A stretch of DNA of 63,683 bases, filler included, from 5 parts of 5 records of this genome joined end to end with filler, not necessarily neighbours in it, one strand, 5' to 3'. Positions 1-10,606 are shown, counted from the whole stretch's first letter. The notes: generated from the sequence alone by a model not told the origin. Numbers and translations: made by a program.

Positions 1-169
1 GATCACAGAGGGTGGGGTCGGGAATCCAAGCACTGAGTAGTTTTACTCAGAATGACGATTTGTGGAGAGAGGAAGGGCAGTTGGAAATGAGGCATGGAAA
101 TTTTCCAGTTACCCATCCTCAGGGGCATTAAAGCCCGCCTCAAAATTACACCTCAAATATCGCTCTAAA

Positions 170-940
170 ATGCACTCAAAAATCGGAATCGTGTTCTTGT
201 TTACACTGCTGGTCGCATCGAGCGGCTGGGCGCAGTATGTTTCGCCTACCCCCATCTCACTGGTTAGCGGCAGCTATACCCAGGACTGGGGGAGCGCGTC
301 TTTTAGCAGTTTTTCGTCTGGTTTTACCGGAGGCATTCATTCGACTTTCGTTCCAACGTCCCTTGCGGAGGCCGAAACATTTTTGCTCAACGGCAACAAG
401 ACCCCCAGCGCGAGCACCTCAGCGGGAAACCTTTCCTTTAGCGGGGGATTTTACGGCTATTACGACGGTAGCAATGCGATGCTCGCTTTAACCGCGAGTA
501 ATGTATCAGGCAGTGGTGGAAACGCCCTGGTGATGGCGATCGACACGACTGGTTTGGATCGGGTCGATTTGGGCTATGACCTGGTCGTTGCCAATGCCAG
601 TGCCAGCTTGCGCGGTGCGGGAATCGTGGTTCAATACCGAGCAGGTGGATCGGGCGACTGGACGAGCATCGATACCAGCTACTTCATTTCCAAGTCAGCT
701 CCGCCGGCCAATGGCACCTCGACTTCCTTCTCCTACAGTTTGGCCACCGGTGCGCTTGATGAGTCTCTGGTCGAAATCAGATGGGTGGGATACATTGAGC
801 AGGTTGGCGGAGCATACACTAGTATCGGTATCGACAATATCACGCTCTCGACCGTGCCAGAACCTGCGAGTTATGCGCTGCTCGGAGGATTGTTAACATT
901 CGTGGGAATCGTCTTCGGTCGGAAGCGGCGAAGAACTTGA
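170..940 (+). CDS. PEP-CTERM sorting-domain surface protein
   Basis: Signal peptide from ATG 170 (MHSKIGIVFLFTLLVASSGWA). The C-terminus VPEPASYALLGGLLTFVGIVFGRKRRRT has the PEP-CTERM motif, TM helix and basic tail. Confidence 0.9.
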   Translation: MHSKIGIVFLFTLLVASSGWAQYVSPTPISLVSGSYTQDWGSASFSSFSSGFTGGIHSTFVPTSLAEAETFLLNGNKTPSASTSAGNLSFSGGFYGYYDGSNAMLALTASNVSGSGGNALVMAIDTTGLDRVDLGYDLVVANASASLRGAGIVVQYRAGGSGDWTSIDTSYFISKSAPPANGTSTSFSYSLATGALDESLVEIRWVGYIEQVGGAYTSIGIDNITLSTVPEPASYALLGGLLTFVGIVFGRKRRRT

Positions 941-975
941 CGGGTTTTGAGTCACTCGGGACCGATTGGTAGGGC

Positions 976-1185
976 TCAATTTCTCCGACGCACTGTCGGA
1001 TCTTTCCCCAGCCGATATTCCGTGAAATCGTTTTCGATTCCGTTGTGCGGTTTATCCTGCAGGTAGATTTGCATGATGCGCGCGTGTTCGTATTCGGAGG
1101 TCGGAAAAATCTGCGCAGGCTCACCGGGCAGAAAGATCCCCGTGTAGGCGCGACGTCGGTCCAGTAATCTGCGGATCTTGATCAT
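976..1185 (-). CDS. small hypothetical protein (69 aa, MIKIRRLLDRRRAYTGIFLPGEP...)
   Basis: Fills the gap between the PEP-CTERM and PhyH genes, has a protein-like composition and starts at ATG 1185. Confidence 0.55.
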   Translation of the reverse strand: MIKIRRLLDRRRAYTGIFLPGEPAQIFPTSEYEHARIMQIYLQDKPHNGIENDFTEYRLGKDPTVRRRN

Positions 1186-1285
1186 GCGTTGAGGACGGGA
1201 CCTTACCGATAAATTGCGAAAATGAAAAATCATTTATATTTTTCCTTTTGGCAAAAGAATGACCGGTCTTAGGTGCGATTCACCT

Positions 1286-2119
1286 ATGAAAACCAAAATT
1301 ACCCCGGCGGATGCCGAAGCTTATCGTGAGAACGGATTTATTATTTTACGCGGGGCCGTGCCCGGTGCGCTAATAGAACGATTGCGTGTGATGGCAGAGG
1401 AAGCGCGGGAAGTTGCTCACCGTTTGGAAGGGCCGCAGGCTCAGCGTCTCATGAAGATTGGTGAGCACATTGATATTTCGCCGGCGCGTGAATTTGTGCA
1501 ACTGCCGGAGATAAACGAGGCGTTTCATCAACTGCTGTCTCCTCGGCACAATCTGGCTGATGCGGATGCGATGACGATTCTGTTTAATCCGGAAAAGCGC
1601 TGTTGGGCGACTGAGTGGCATCGTGATCTTTATGATCACTTGCCGGAATCGATGTTTGAGGAAGTGCTCGGTAATGGAAAATGGGAGGCCTATTGCGCGG
1701 ACTATAACCTGTATAATCAGATCAACTGCGCGCTCTACGAGGATACTTCGACCTGGTATGTGCCGGGGGCGCATGCGCGAGGAGCGTCAGCCGAGGAGTT
1801 GGCGGTTAAAAATTCCTACGCTCGTGCCGAGTTGGAAAACTGGGACGGGAAGCGAACGGAAGCGGAACAGGAGGTCTTCCTGCAGGATTACTGTGAATCC
1901 ATGCCCGGCGCGGTGAAGGTGAGCCTGAATGCGGGTGATCTTGCGCTCTATCGGAATTGCGCGTGGCACTTGGGCAGCTATGTGACCTATCGACGTCGGG
2001 CTACCCTGCATACCCATGCGATGACGCCCGAATTCGACGCCTACAAGTTGAAGATGGCGGATATTATGAAACGAGTGAAAGCTCATCTCGACGCGGAAGG
2101 GGCGAAGGGTAAAGAGTAA
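1286..2119 (+). CDS. phytanoyl-CoA dioxygenase (PhyH) family Fe(II)/2OG oxygenase
   Basis: N-terminal YRENGFIILRGAV, HxD motif in WHRD, TWYVPGAH, and LNAGDLALY...WH distal His. Confidence 0.85.
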   Translation: MKTKITPADAEAYRENGFIILRGAVPGALIERLRVMAEEAREVAHRLEGPQAQRLMKIGEHIDISPAREFVQLPEINEAFHQLLSPRHNLADADAMTILFNPEKRCWATEWHRDLYDHLPESMFEEVLGNGKWEAYCADYNLYNQINCALYEDTSTWYVPGAHARGASAEELAVKNSYARAELENWDGKRTEAEQEVFLQDYCESMPGAVKVSLNAGDLALYRNCAWHLGSYVTYRRRATLHTHAMTPEFDAYKLKMADIMKRVKAHLDAEGAKGKE

Positions 2120-2126
2120 CGCTGTT

Positions 2127-3605
2127 ATGCTCAAAATTCTATCCCGTTTCATTCCCCTGATGATTCTCGGCGTGGTTGCCGTCCATGCTGAGAAGACCGC
2201 TCCGGTGACACCTTTGTTGATCGAAATCCGGGATATCCCCGCTGAACTGCAAACGAAGAAAGGCGGTTATGGTTTTGATGATTATAGCCGCAAACAAATC
2301 ATCAGTCTGGTCAACGGTGACGCGTGGTTGATCGGCACAGCCGAACAGCTCACACAGTTGCAGGAAAAGGGACTGGATGCCCGCGGAGTCATGGAAAGCG
2401 AGGATAAGTTGGTGCTATTCCGTCGTGCGCTCTACGGCCCCACGATGAAGCTCGATCCGGTCTATCATTCCTACGCGCAGATCACGGCGCGGGCGGATGA
2501 GTTGATGGCGGCGCGACCGGAGTTGATGACGCGTTTTCAAATCGGCGAGACCACGCAATTCAAACAACCGATCTACGCCTACCGAATCTCCAACGACGCG
2601 GACACGGTGCATGATCGCCCGGCAGTCCTCTTCAACGGTTGTCATCACGCGGATGAATTGATGGGTGCGGAAATCGTGCTTTCCCTGATGGAAAAACTGA
2701 TCGCGGGTTACGGAACGGATCAGGAGGTCACCCAGTGGCTGGATACGCTGGAAATTTATCTCGTGCCGGTCGTGAATGTGGACGGCCATAATATCGTCAC
2801 CTCGGGTCACGACCCACGCTGGCGGAAGAATGCTTTCGATGTGAATGGCGACGGGATCACTGGTGTTTTCCCCGAAGGCGTGGACGTGAATCGCGGTTAC
2901 AGTTTTAACTGGGCGACGGGTGGGAGCAATGATCCCGAGGGGGTCAGCTACCGCGGGCCCTATCCATTTTCTCAGGCGGAGAACCGGGCGATGCGTTTTC
3001 TGGCGGATCAACGCCAGCTCTTGCTTTCGGTTTCGTATCACAGTCAGGGCGAGGTGATTTACTACCCGTGGATCTGGGGAAAAATGAAATCTCCGGATCA
3101 CAACGTGATTGAGCGGATCGCGAATGATGTTGCGTCACAGATCGGCAAGATGGATGGCAGTGGCACCTACGCGATCGCGCCGGGTGGGCCATCGAGTCAG
3201 AGTTATCCTTGGTTCTACGGACGCCGGGGAGTGATGGATATGATTATCGAAACGGGGAAGGGCTCGCATGTGTTTCCACCGAAAGTTGTGCCGGGAATTG
3301 TGGAGCAGAATCTCAAAGGCGCGACCCGTCTGATCAACCATGCCTATGGCCCCGGGCTTTCCGTCAAAGTGACCGACGCCCAAACTGGCAATCCAGTGTG
3401 CGCACAGGTCTGGCTCCCTCGCGTCGATAACGAATCGATCGATCGTCGTTACAGCGATGAACAATTTGGTCGTGCGCGCCGTCTCCTGGATCCCGGCACG
3501 TATTACCTCGTCGTCATGGCAGAGGGCTACGAAACTGAAGTCCGCACTGAGGTGACGGTCGGCGAAGAGGGGTGGACGGAGTTGGAAGTGAGTCTAAGTC
3601 GCTGA
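2127..3605 (+). CDS. secreted M14 zinc carboxypeptidase (paralog 1)
   Basis: Signal peptide, HHADE (HxxE), VPVVNVDG, WRKN, GVDVNR, SYHSQG, IIETG catalytic Glu, and a C-terminal transthyretin-like domain. Confidence 0.9.
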   Translation: MLKILSRFIPLMILGVVAVHAEKTAPVTPLLIEIRDIPAELQTKKGGYGFDDYSRKQIISLVNGDAWLIGTAEQLTQLQEKGLDARGVMESEDKLVLFRRALYGPTMKLDPVYHSYAQITARADELMAARPELMTRFQIGETTQFKQPIYAYRISNDADTVHDRPAVLFNGCHHADELMGAEIVLSLMEKLIAGYGTDQEVTQWLDTLEIYLVPVVNVDGHNIVTSGHDPRWRKNAFDVNGDGITGVFPEGVDVNRGYSFNWATGGSNDPEGVSYRGPYPFSQAENRAMRFLADQRQLLLSVSYHSQGEVIYYPWIWGKMKSPDHNVIERIANDVASQIGKMDGSGTYAIAPGGPSSQSYPWFYGRRGVMDMIIETGKGSHVFPPKVVPGIVEQNLKGATRLINHAYGPGLSVKVTDAQTGNPVCAQVWLPRVDNESIDRRYSDEQFGRARRLLDPGTYYLVVMAEGYETEVRTEVTVGEEGWTELEVSLSR

Positions 3606-3628
3606 AGTCGAAGCCGGAGATTAATTTT

Positions 3629-5113
3629 ATGAAAAAAACGAATTGGATTCGCTGCCTTGGGCTGTGGGTGCTGCTGGGGGCCTCGAGTTTGAGTCTGATG
3701 GCGGAAAATGCTCGCACGATCCTTTTGGAAATCCCGGATGTTCCGAAGGCGGAACAGGAGCGGGATGGATTGTTTTACTATGGTGGCTATGGCTTCGAAC
3801 GGATCATCCGCGTGGTGCGTGACCGGGCCGTGCTGATTGCGACGCCGGAGGAATTGGCGGCCCTGCGTGAAGCCGGTTATGATCCTGATATTAAGTTCGA
3901 GAGCTCCGATGAGATGGAACTCTACCGAAGGGCCATTTACGGACCGGCGATGGAATTGAGTCCGGTGTATTGGCGCTACGATCAAATCGTGGCCAAAGCG
4001 GATGCTCTGGCTGAGGAGTATCCGGATTTGATCAAACGCGTGAAGATTGGGGAGACGCAACAATACCGGAGGCCGATCTATGCGTTTCGTATTTCCAATC
4101 TGGCCGGTGAGTCATTGGATCGCCCCAAGGTCATGTTTGATGGCGCGCATCATTCCGATGAATTGATGGGCACGCAAATCGTGACGGCGCTCTTGGATCA
4201 TTTGGTTCTTGGCTATGGGAATGATCCCGAAGTGACCAACTGGTTGGACACGTTGGAAGTTTGGCTCGTGCCGGTCGTGAATGTGGATGGCCATGACATG
4301 GTGACCTCGGGGCGCGATCCGAGATGGCGCAAAAATGTTCGTGATCTCGATGGAGACGGTGTGGTCGGAGAGTTTCATGAAGGCGTGAATCTCAACCGCA
4401 ACTACGACTACAACTGGGCTTCCGGGGGAACGGGCGAACCTGCCTTGATCAGTTACCGCGGTCCGTATCCTTTTTCCGAACCGGAGACTCGGGCGATGCG
4501 CGATTTAACCAAGCAGGAACGGTTCACCTTATTGGTTTCATATCACAGTCAGGGAGAAGTGATTTTTTACCCCTGGTCCTGGGGAGGGCGTCCGGCACCT
4601 GATCACAAGGTGATTAAGAGAATCGTCGAGGACATCGCCTCGAATCTGCAGAAGATGGACGGGACAGGCACCTATGCGATCGCACCCGGTGGTCCTTCGA
4701 GCCAGAGTTATGCCTGGCAGTATGGGCATTTGGGGATCACGGGCATGATTATCGAAACAGGCTGGGGAGCGCATGTCTTTCCGCCCGAGGAAGTCGAGGG
4801 TGTGGTGAAAACAAATTTAAAAGGTGCCCGAGCGGTGCTTTCTCATGCGGCAGGTCCGGGACTATCCGTGCGGGTAATCGATTCGAAAACCGAGCAACCT
4901 CTGCAAGCACAAGTCTGGCTCCCCCGTATCGACAACGATAGCGTGGATCGTCGCACGAGCGATGCACGATTTGGTCGTGCGCGTCGTCTCTTGGAACCCG
5001 GCACGTATTACCTCGTCGTCACGGCGGAGGGCTACGAAACCGAGGTTCGTTCCGAGGTGATCGTCGGCGATGATGGTTGGACCGAATTGGAAATCAGGCT
5101 GACGCCACTGTGA
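3629..5113 (+). CDS. secreted M14 zinc carboxypeptidase (paralog 2)
   Basis: Start MKKTNW at 3629, HHSDE, WRKN, GVNLNRNY, SYHSQG, IIETG. Clearly paralogous to 2127-3605. Confidence 0.9.
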   Translation: MKKTNWIRCLGLWVLLGASSLSLMAENARTILLEIPDVPKAEQERDGLFYYGGYGFERIIRVVRDRAVLIATPEELAALREAGYDPDIKFESSDEMELYRRAIYGPAMELSPVYWRYDQIVAKADALAEEYPDLIKRVKIGETQQYRRPIYAFRISNLAGESLDRPKVMFDGAHHSDELMGTQIVTALLDHLVLGYGNDPEVTNWLDTLEVWLVPVVNVDGHDMVTSGRDPRWRKNVRDLDGDGVVGEFHEGVNLNRNYDYNWASGGTGEPALISYRGPYPFSEPETRAMRDLTKQERFTLLVSYHSQGEVIFYPWSWGGRPAPDHKVIKRIVEDIASNLQKMDGTGTYAIAPGGPSSQSYAWQYGHLGITGMIIETGWGAHVFPPEEVEGVVKTNLKGARAVLSHAAGPGLSVRVIDSKTEQPLQAQVWLPRIDNDSVDRRTSDARFGRARRLLEPGTYYLVVTAEGYETEVRSEVIVGDDGWTELEIRLTPL

Positions 5114-5128
5114 ATTTTGAGATCAGAA

Positions 5129-5201
5129 GTCGGAGCGGCTTTACGCCGCGATTGTTCTGTTTAACTCACGAAATAGATCACGGCGTATCGGCTGATCCTA
5201 C
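5129..5201. repeat. inverted pair of GTAG-type REP-like elements
   Basis: GTCGGAGCGGCTTTACGCCGCGAT (5129-5152) and the reverse complement GTAGGATCAGCCGATACGCCGTGAT (5177-5201), both intergenic. Confidence 0.55.
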
Positions 5202-5273
5202 GCTTGATCCGGGAAGTGCGAATGTGAATAGCCGTGGTTGATGCGTTTGAATTCTTAGTCATAACGAAACTAT

Positions 5274-6794
5274 ATGAGTGACCACAAATTGTCTTGGAAC
5301 GAAGAGCTTGGTTTGTGCAGGCAGGAAGGTCCCGGACATACGGCGCCTGTTTCGAAATTGGCTCACGTGCACAACGGCGTGTATAGCGCGACGCGATTGG
5401 GGCTTTTGGCCCAACGCGGTGAACTTGATGCCCCGACGGCCATGGCTACGCTGCGATCCTTCCGATCCATGCAGACGACCACGCCTGGTGATCGTCAGGG
5501 CTGTCTGCGTTGGTATTGGGAAGAGGAGGCTCCGGTGGATACGAATGCGTCATTCTTCATCGGGATGGCTCTGATGATGTTGTATTTGGCCGAGGGCGAT
5601 AAACTTGAGCCACCGGTCCGGTCCGCGATCCGTGAGATCGTGACTGATTTGGCGGTTTGGTATGGTCAGGAGCTCCACATTAAGGATCCCATCTATCCCA
5701 ATAAATATATGGGCGACCTCGTGTGCACGTGGTTGGCGGGGGAGGTGCTCGGTCGTAAACCCACTGATGAGTTGTTGAGCAAAACGAAGTCGTGGTGCGA
5801 CTACTGGCGGCGCGAGCACTGGGGATGGGGTGAACACATGAGCGGAGTCTATTCGATGGTCTTGCTCAATGAACTCTCCGCCGTGCTGCTCTATGGACGG
5901 AGTGTGCCCAGCGAGGTTCGGAGCGAATTTTACGGTCTCTTTGAAAACCTGATGGCGATCAACGATGCCTATGGTCAAGGCCCTCGTGTGCCGGTAATTC
6001 GCAGCTATGCCTTTAACGGATCGGCGGAAGTCTTGTCGTATAGGGAGTTTATTCGGGCGGTTCCGAATGGGGCGGATTTACAGGCGACCTCGATCGTGAG
6101 TAACCTGGGTGGATTATACGGTGCGTGGTATCATCGTGATGGTTGGTTGGAGATGGTGCCACCGAAACAGGAAACTTCATCTTGGATTACGGTGCCATGC
6201 CGTGATGACGCGGTGGCCCGTGCCCGGATCAAACCCTGGATGCGGATCGGAGCGATGTCGCATTATCCCATCATGGAAGGCGTGGATCATCAGGATTGGG
6301 GTCTGTCATGGCAGACCTTTCCCGCAGCGTTGTGGCGGCCGGAGGGCGATTGGGGGTTCTGGCGTTGGGCGACCCGTTCGGGAGAGTGTGAACGCGGTCA
6401 TCCGGCTTTCAGCAAGGCGAGTGCCTATCTGGGAAATGCGCTTTCGACGAAAGTGACCCCTCCACCGATTCCCCGGATGACTTCGACTCTCACGCCCGAA
6501 GGTGAGCTGACCATGGAGCGTTCACTCCCGGTTCCCGTCGCTGCGGAGTGGGATGAAGTCAGGGATTCGTTTGTGATTTTGGACAGTGAGGCGCAGATCA
6601 CCGTCAGGGCGAATCAGCTCGAGCTGCGTTGGCCGGACAGCGTGGTGACGATTACTTGGCTGGGTGAAGGAACGCCTAAGTGGGAACCCGCAGGTCGCGG
6701 TGGAAATTGGGTGGTGCGCTATGATCGGACGGCGCTGGTTGGAATCGATCAACTGGTGCACCGCTGGGAGCTTTCGTGGCGGGATGTGGATTAG
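5274..6794 (+). CDS. uncharacterised Trp-rich protein (paralog 1), possible alpha/alpha-toroid plus beta-sandwich enzyme
   Basis: 506-aa ORF. It shares DTNAxFFIG, YPNK, WGWGEHMS..Y and WGLSWQTFPAALWR with the next gene. Confidence 0.75.
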   Translation: MSDHKLSWNEELGLCRQEGPGHTAPVSKLAHVHNGVYSATRLGLLAQRGELDAPTAMATLRSFRSMQTTTPGDRQGCLRWYWEEEAPVDTNASFFIGMALMMLYLAEGDKLEPPVRSAIREIVTDLAVWYGQELHIKDPIYPNKYMGDLVCTWLAGEVLGRKPTDELLSKTKSWCDYWRREHWGWGEHMSGVYSMVLLNELSAVLLYGRSVPSEVRSEFYGLFENLMAINDAYGQGPRVPVIRSYAFNGSAEVLSYREFIRAVPNGADLQATSIVSNLGGLYGAWYHRDGWLEMVPPKQETSSWITVPCRDDAVARARIKPWMRIGAMSHYPIMEGVDHQDWGLSWQTFPAALWRPEGDWGFWRWATRSGECERGHPAFSKASAYLGNALSTKVTPPPIPRMTSTLTPEGELTMERSLPVPVAAEWDEVRDSFVILDSEAQITVRANQLELRWPDSVVTITWLGEGTPKWEPAGRGGNWVVRYDRTALVGIDQLVHRWELSWRDVD

Positions 6795-6857
6795 TTTTCG
6801 TCTGTTTAGCGACAATACTACTGACAAGCATACTGATGTTCATCGGGATGCCTCGCC

Positions 6858-8387
6858 ATGGCTGATTTACCTCTGACTTGGAATCCGCAATTGGGACTGT
6901 TGAGACAGGAAGGTCCCGGACACATCAAAGAGGTCCTCGACCTGAAACACGTGCACGTGGGATCGATTTCGTCGGCCTATCTTTGCATGCGGGTGCAGCA
7001 TGGGGCGATCACACCGGAGCAAGTCCTGGTTACTCTGAAATCCCTCCGCCACATGCAGGTGCTCGATGGCGGCACGCATCATGGTTGCATGAGCAGCTAC
7101 TACGAAGAGAAGGGCACGGCGGATACGAACGCGGCTTTCTTTATCGGGCTGGCGCTTCTGCTGCTCTATCAAAATGAAACCGAATGGCTCGGCGAAGAAG
7201 GTCGGGCGGCGATTCGTGAAATCGTGACCGACCTGTGTGTGTGGTTTGAACACGAACTGACGAGTGAGGAGGGGAATCCTCGCTACCCGAACAAGTGCTT
7301 GGGAGATCTCGTGGCCGGTTGGATGGCGGTGGAAGTGCTGGAGCGCCCGGCCTCTGATCAACTGTTCAAAACCACGCAGGAGTGGTGCGCCTATTGGCGG
7401 GATCAGCAGTGGGGGTGGGGCGAGCACATGAGCGATGCCTACACGATGATTTGTCTGACGGAGCTCTCGGCAGTGTTGCTGTATTGTCCTAATTTGCCCG
7501 CCGTGATCCGTTCCGATTTTCAGGAGCTGTTTGATGAGTTGATTGAACTGAGTGATTCGTTCGGATGGGGAGCGAGAGTGCCGACGATCCGTTGCTATGG
7601 ATTCGAGGAGACTCCCCGGCTCTATCCGTTTCGGGACTATGTCACCTCAACTCCGGCGGGAGCAGATGAAGTCGAGTCCGGTCAGGCAACCTTGGTGACG
7701 CGATCTTATGCGGGGGTCTTCGGTTACTGGTTTCATCGGGCCGGATGGGATCAAATTGTAAAGCCGGTTCATTCGGTGAAACCGTGGATGGAAATTCCGT
7801 GCTATGGAGATTCCGTGGCGCGGGCGGTGGTGAAACCACCGATTCGGATCGGGGCGATGTCTCGTTATCCGATCATGGAAGGGGTGGATCATTTTTCATG
7901 GGGCCTGTCGTGGCAGACCTTTCCGGCGGCGCTGTGGCGCGAAGCGGGCGATTGGGGCTTTTGGCGTTGGACAACTCGGAGCGGAGATTGGGTGCGGGCT
8001 CAACCGGCGGTCAGGAAGTCCGATGCCTATAGCGGCAATGGTCTGACCAAGCACATGGAAATTCCGCCCATTTCGCGAATGACCTCGACGCTGACTCCGG
8101 CAGGTAAGCTGACTATGGAGCGTATCCTGCCCACGCCCGAGGCGGCTCAATGGGACGAAGTCAGTGATTCGTTTTGCCTGTTGGACAGCGATGCCGAGAT
8201 CACGGCTGACGGTGCGGCCCTCACGCTGCGTTGGCCGGATGCGTCAGTCGTGGTGAGATGGCTGGGCGAGGGAGTGCCTGAATGGAAGCCGGAATCGCGT
8301 GGCGGCAACTGGATCGTGAGTTATGATCGCGCAAGCTTGGCTGGAATCGAAAGGCTGGCCCATCGCTGGGAGCTCGAACTCAGATAG
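6858..8387 (+). CDS. uncharacterised Trp-rich protein (paralog 2)
   Basis: 509-aa ORF collinear and homologous with 5274-6794. Confidence 0.75.
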   Translation: MADLPLTWNPQLGLLRQEGPGHIKEVLDLKHVHVGSISSAYLCMRVQHGAITPEQVLVTLKSLRHMQVLDGGTHHGCMSSYYEEKGTADTNAAFFIGLALLLLYQNETEWLGEEGRAAIREIVTDLCVWFEHELTSEEGNPRYPNKCLGDLVAGWMAVEVLERPASDQLFKTTQEWCAYWRDQQWGWGEHMSDAYTMICLTELSAVLLYCPNLPAVIRSDFQELFDELIELSDSFGWGARVPTIRCYGFEETPRLYPFRDYVTSTPAGADEVESGQATLVTRSYAGVFGYWFHRAGWDQIVKPVHSVKPWMEIPCYGDSVARAVVKPPIRIGAMSRYPIMEGVDHFSWGLSWQTFPAALWREAGDWGFWRWTTRSGDWVRAQPAVRKSDAYSGNGLTKHMEIPPISRMTSTLTPAGKLTMERILPTPEAAQWDEVSDSFCLLDSDAEITADGAALTLRWPDASVVVRWLGEGVPEWKPESRGGNWIVSYDRASLAGIERLAHRWELELR

Positions 8388-8402
8388 ACATAGCTGGGCC
8401 GC

Positions 8403-8652
8403 ATCCGCCTTCGTCCCGCGCGAGACTATGGCGTGACAAGACTGTGAGGCACGAAGATATTGAATGTGGAAAGCTGGAAATCAGGAACAGATCAGAGACA
8501 CTGATTGTTGGTTTCAAATAGAAGGTTCGTCTGCAGGCGGACCGCATTAGTGTTCAACGCGATGCCGACCTTCAGGAGCCCGTCCCCACAGGGGACATTT
8601 CAGAACTCTGCCTCACAGTTCTGTTTCCTGCTTTCCTGAGTTCCATATTAAA
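8403..8652. repeat. cluster of REP-like/palindromic intergenic repeats between convergent genes
   Basis: TGAATGTGGAAAGCTGGAAATCAGGAACAGA (8461-8491) is inverted against 8620-8651. ACTGTGAGGCA/TGCCTCACAGT form an 11-bp inverted pair. A CCGCCTTCG...CTATGGCGTGACAAG element lies at 8403-8440. Confidence 0.65.
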
Positions 8653-8694
8653 TAACTGTCCTGCCTCTCGGATTCAGGTTGAATCCAAACGAGA

Positions 8695-9018
8695 TCATTT
8701 CGCCAGAAACTTCAGGCCGGTGATGCCGGCGATGATTAACAGGATGCAGATCAAGCGGGTGGCTGAGGCGGGTTCATTGAAGTAGAGGATCCCGGCGATC
8801 GCGGTGCCGACTGCGCCGATCCCGGTCCAGACGGCATAGGCGGTGCCGATCGGGAGTTCACGGGCGGCAAGGGCCAGTAACCACATGCTGAGGGCCATCG
8901 CGGCGATCACGCCGATCGAAGGCCAGAGCTTGGTGAAGCCGTGGGTGGATTTGAGACCGACCGCCCAGACGATTTCAAATCCGGCGGCGACGAGAAGGAT
9001 GAGCCAGCTTTTTAACAT
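8695..9018 (-). CDS. gdx: SMR family exporter, SugE/Gdx (guanidinium exporter) type
   Basis: 107 aa, 4 TM helices. [19 protein letters not shown] contains the Glu14 equivalent, and [14 protein letters not shown] is present. Confidence 0.85.
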   Translation of the reverse strand: MLKSWLILLVAAGFEIVWAVGLKSTHGFTKLWPSIGVIAAMALSMWLLALAARELPIGTAYAVWTGIGAVGTAIAGILYFNEPASATRLICILLIIAGITGLKFLAK

Positions 9019-9022
9019 GAGA

Positions 9023-10531
9023 TCAGCGGATACCGCACATGAGTTTTTTCACCAGAGGCACGAGTGCAAGGAGGACCGCGGTGGCGGCGAATACGAAGAT
9101 GGCCTGTTGACCAAAGAAGTCGGCCAGCTGGCCGTCGGCGGTGCCGGCCCCGAAAGTGCGGGCAAGGTAACCGGAGAGGAAGTTGCCGATGGAGGAGGCG
9201 AAGAACCAGCCTCCCATCATCACTCCGACGAGTTTGGCCGGAGCGAGTTTGGTGACCGTGCTCAAACCGACGGGGCTCAGGAAGAGTTCGCCCACGGTCT
9301 GGAGAAAGAGCAGACCGATCAACCAGAATGGGCTGACCAGACCTTGATCGGCGAGTCGCGCGGCGGGGACCATCAGGGCAAAAGACAGTCCGACGAAACC
9401 GAGACCGAACACAAATTTCAGCGGACTCGAAGGTTGCTTGCGGCCGAGTTTAACCCAGCCCCAGGCGAAGAGCGGTGCCAGCAGAATGATGAACAACGAA
9501 TTCACCGATTGGAACCAAGAGGAAGGAAACTCGAATCCAAAGATCGTGTTATCAGTGTAGTCTCGAGCGAAGAGATTGATGGAAGAGCCGGTCTGCTCGA
9601 AGACGGCAAAGAACACAATGCTGGCGGCAAACAAGACGTAGATCGCCGCAGTGCGCTTCCCATCGGTGCCGCCTCGAATCGCATAGACGGTCACCGCAAT
9701 CGTCATGAGGGCTGCGATGATCCAAGGCAGCATCGTCCAGATATTGCTGAGCCAGATCAGCCCGAAAAGCGCTCCCATATAGAGGAAGGATTTTATCAGA
9801 TTGAGTCCCTTGGTGGAGCTAGGGATATCCGGGGCCGGGCCAAGGTCGCCGAGGTTTCGCATATTGCGAATGTAGGTGATGATCCCGAACGTCATCCCGA
9901 TCCCGGCGAGGGCGAAAGCCCAGTGCCAGCTGTGATGGGGATCCCATCCACGGGCGGTGAGCCAATCCTTAAACCAGGCATCTTGGGCGAGGAATCCGGT
10001 GAGGAGCGGCGCCGCGAATCCACCGATATTGATCCCCATATAAAAGATGGAGAATCCGGCATCGCGACGTTCATCGTCGGTAGCGTAGAGACTGCCGACC
10101 ATCGTGCTGATATTGGGCTTCAGTAATCCGGTGCCGAGAGCGACGAGAACGAGACCGGCGTAGTAGGTCGCGGTCGAAGCCATGGCCATAGTGAAATGGC
10201 CTGAGGCAATAATGATGCCGCCGACCAGCACGGTTTGTCGGGCCCCGATGACTTTGTCGGCGATAAAGCCGCCAAAGACCGAGAGCATATAAACCGCCAT
10301 CGTGTAGTAGCCGTAAACAAGTGCTGATCGTTCGATACTGAACCCGAGCCCGCCTTCGCTGATCGCCGTGGTCATGAACAGCACGAGCAGGGCCTTCATT
10401 CCGTAGAAGCTGAAACGCTCCCACATTTCCGTGAAGAACAGGGTGCTCAGACCTTTAGGGTGACCGGCTAACCTTGGGTCCGCCATGGGCACTGCCGGCT
10501 CGGAGGGAACAAGAGGGGTGGACGAACTCAT
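9023..10531 (-). CDS. dtpT: POT/PTR family proton-dependent di/tripeptide transporter
   Basis: [23 protein letters not shown] (ExxER motif), [32 protein letters not shown]. Confidence 0.92.
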   Translation of the reverse strand: MSSSTPLVPSEPAVPMADPRLAGHPKGLSTLFFTEMWERFSFYGMKALLVLFMTTAISEGGLGFSIERSALVYGYYTMAVYMLSVFGGFIADKVIGARQTVLVGGIIIASGHFTMAMASTATYYAGLVLVALGTGLLKPNISTMVGSLYATDDERRDAGFSIFYMGINIGGFAAPLLTGFLAQDAWFKDWLTARGWDPHHSWHWAFALAGIGMTFGIITYIRNMRNLGDLGPAPDIPSSTKGLNLIKSFLYMGALFGLIWLSNIWTMLPWIIAALMTIAVTVYAIRGGTDGKRTAAIYVLFAASIVFFAVFEQTGSSINLFARDYTDNTIFGFEFPSSWFQSVNSLFIILLAPLFAWGWVKLGRKQPSSPLKFVFGLGFVGLSFALMVPAARLADQGLVSPFWLIGLLFLQTVGELFLSPVGLSTVTKLAPAKLVGVMMGGWFFASSIGNFLSGYLARTFGAGTADGQLADFFGQQAIFVFAATAVLLALVPLVKKLMCGIR

Positions 10532-10606
10532 CTGCGGCGCAGCGTGAAGAATCACGTCCGTCGTGCAATGCGCAATATGGGAGGCCAGAGCTGAGAGGCA
10601 GATCGG

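Noticed and set aside
8843-10126. 427-aa plus-strand ORF
   Set aside because: Antisense shadow of the well-supported dtpT and gdx genes, with no recognisable motifs.
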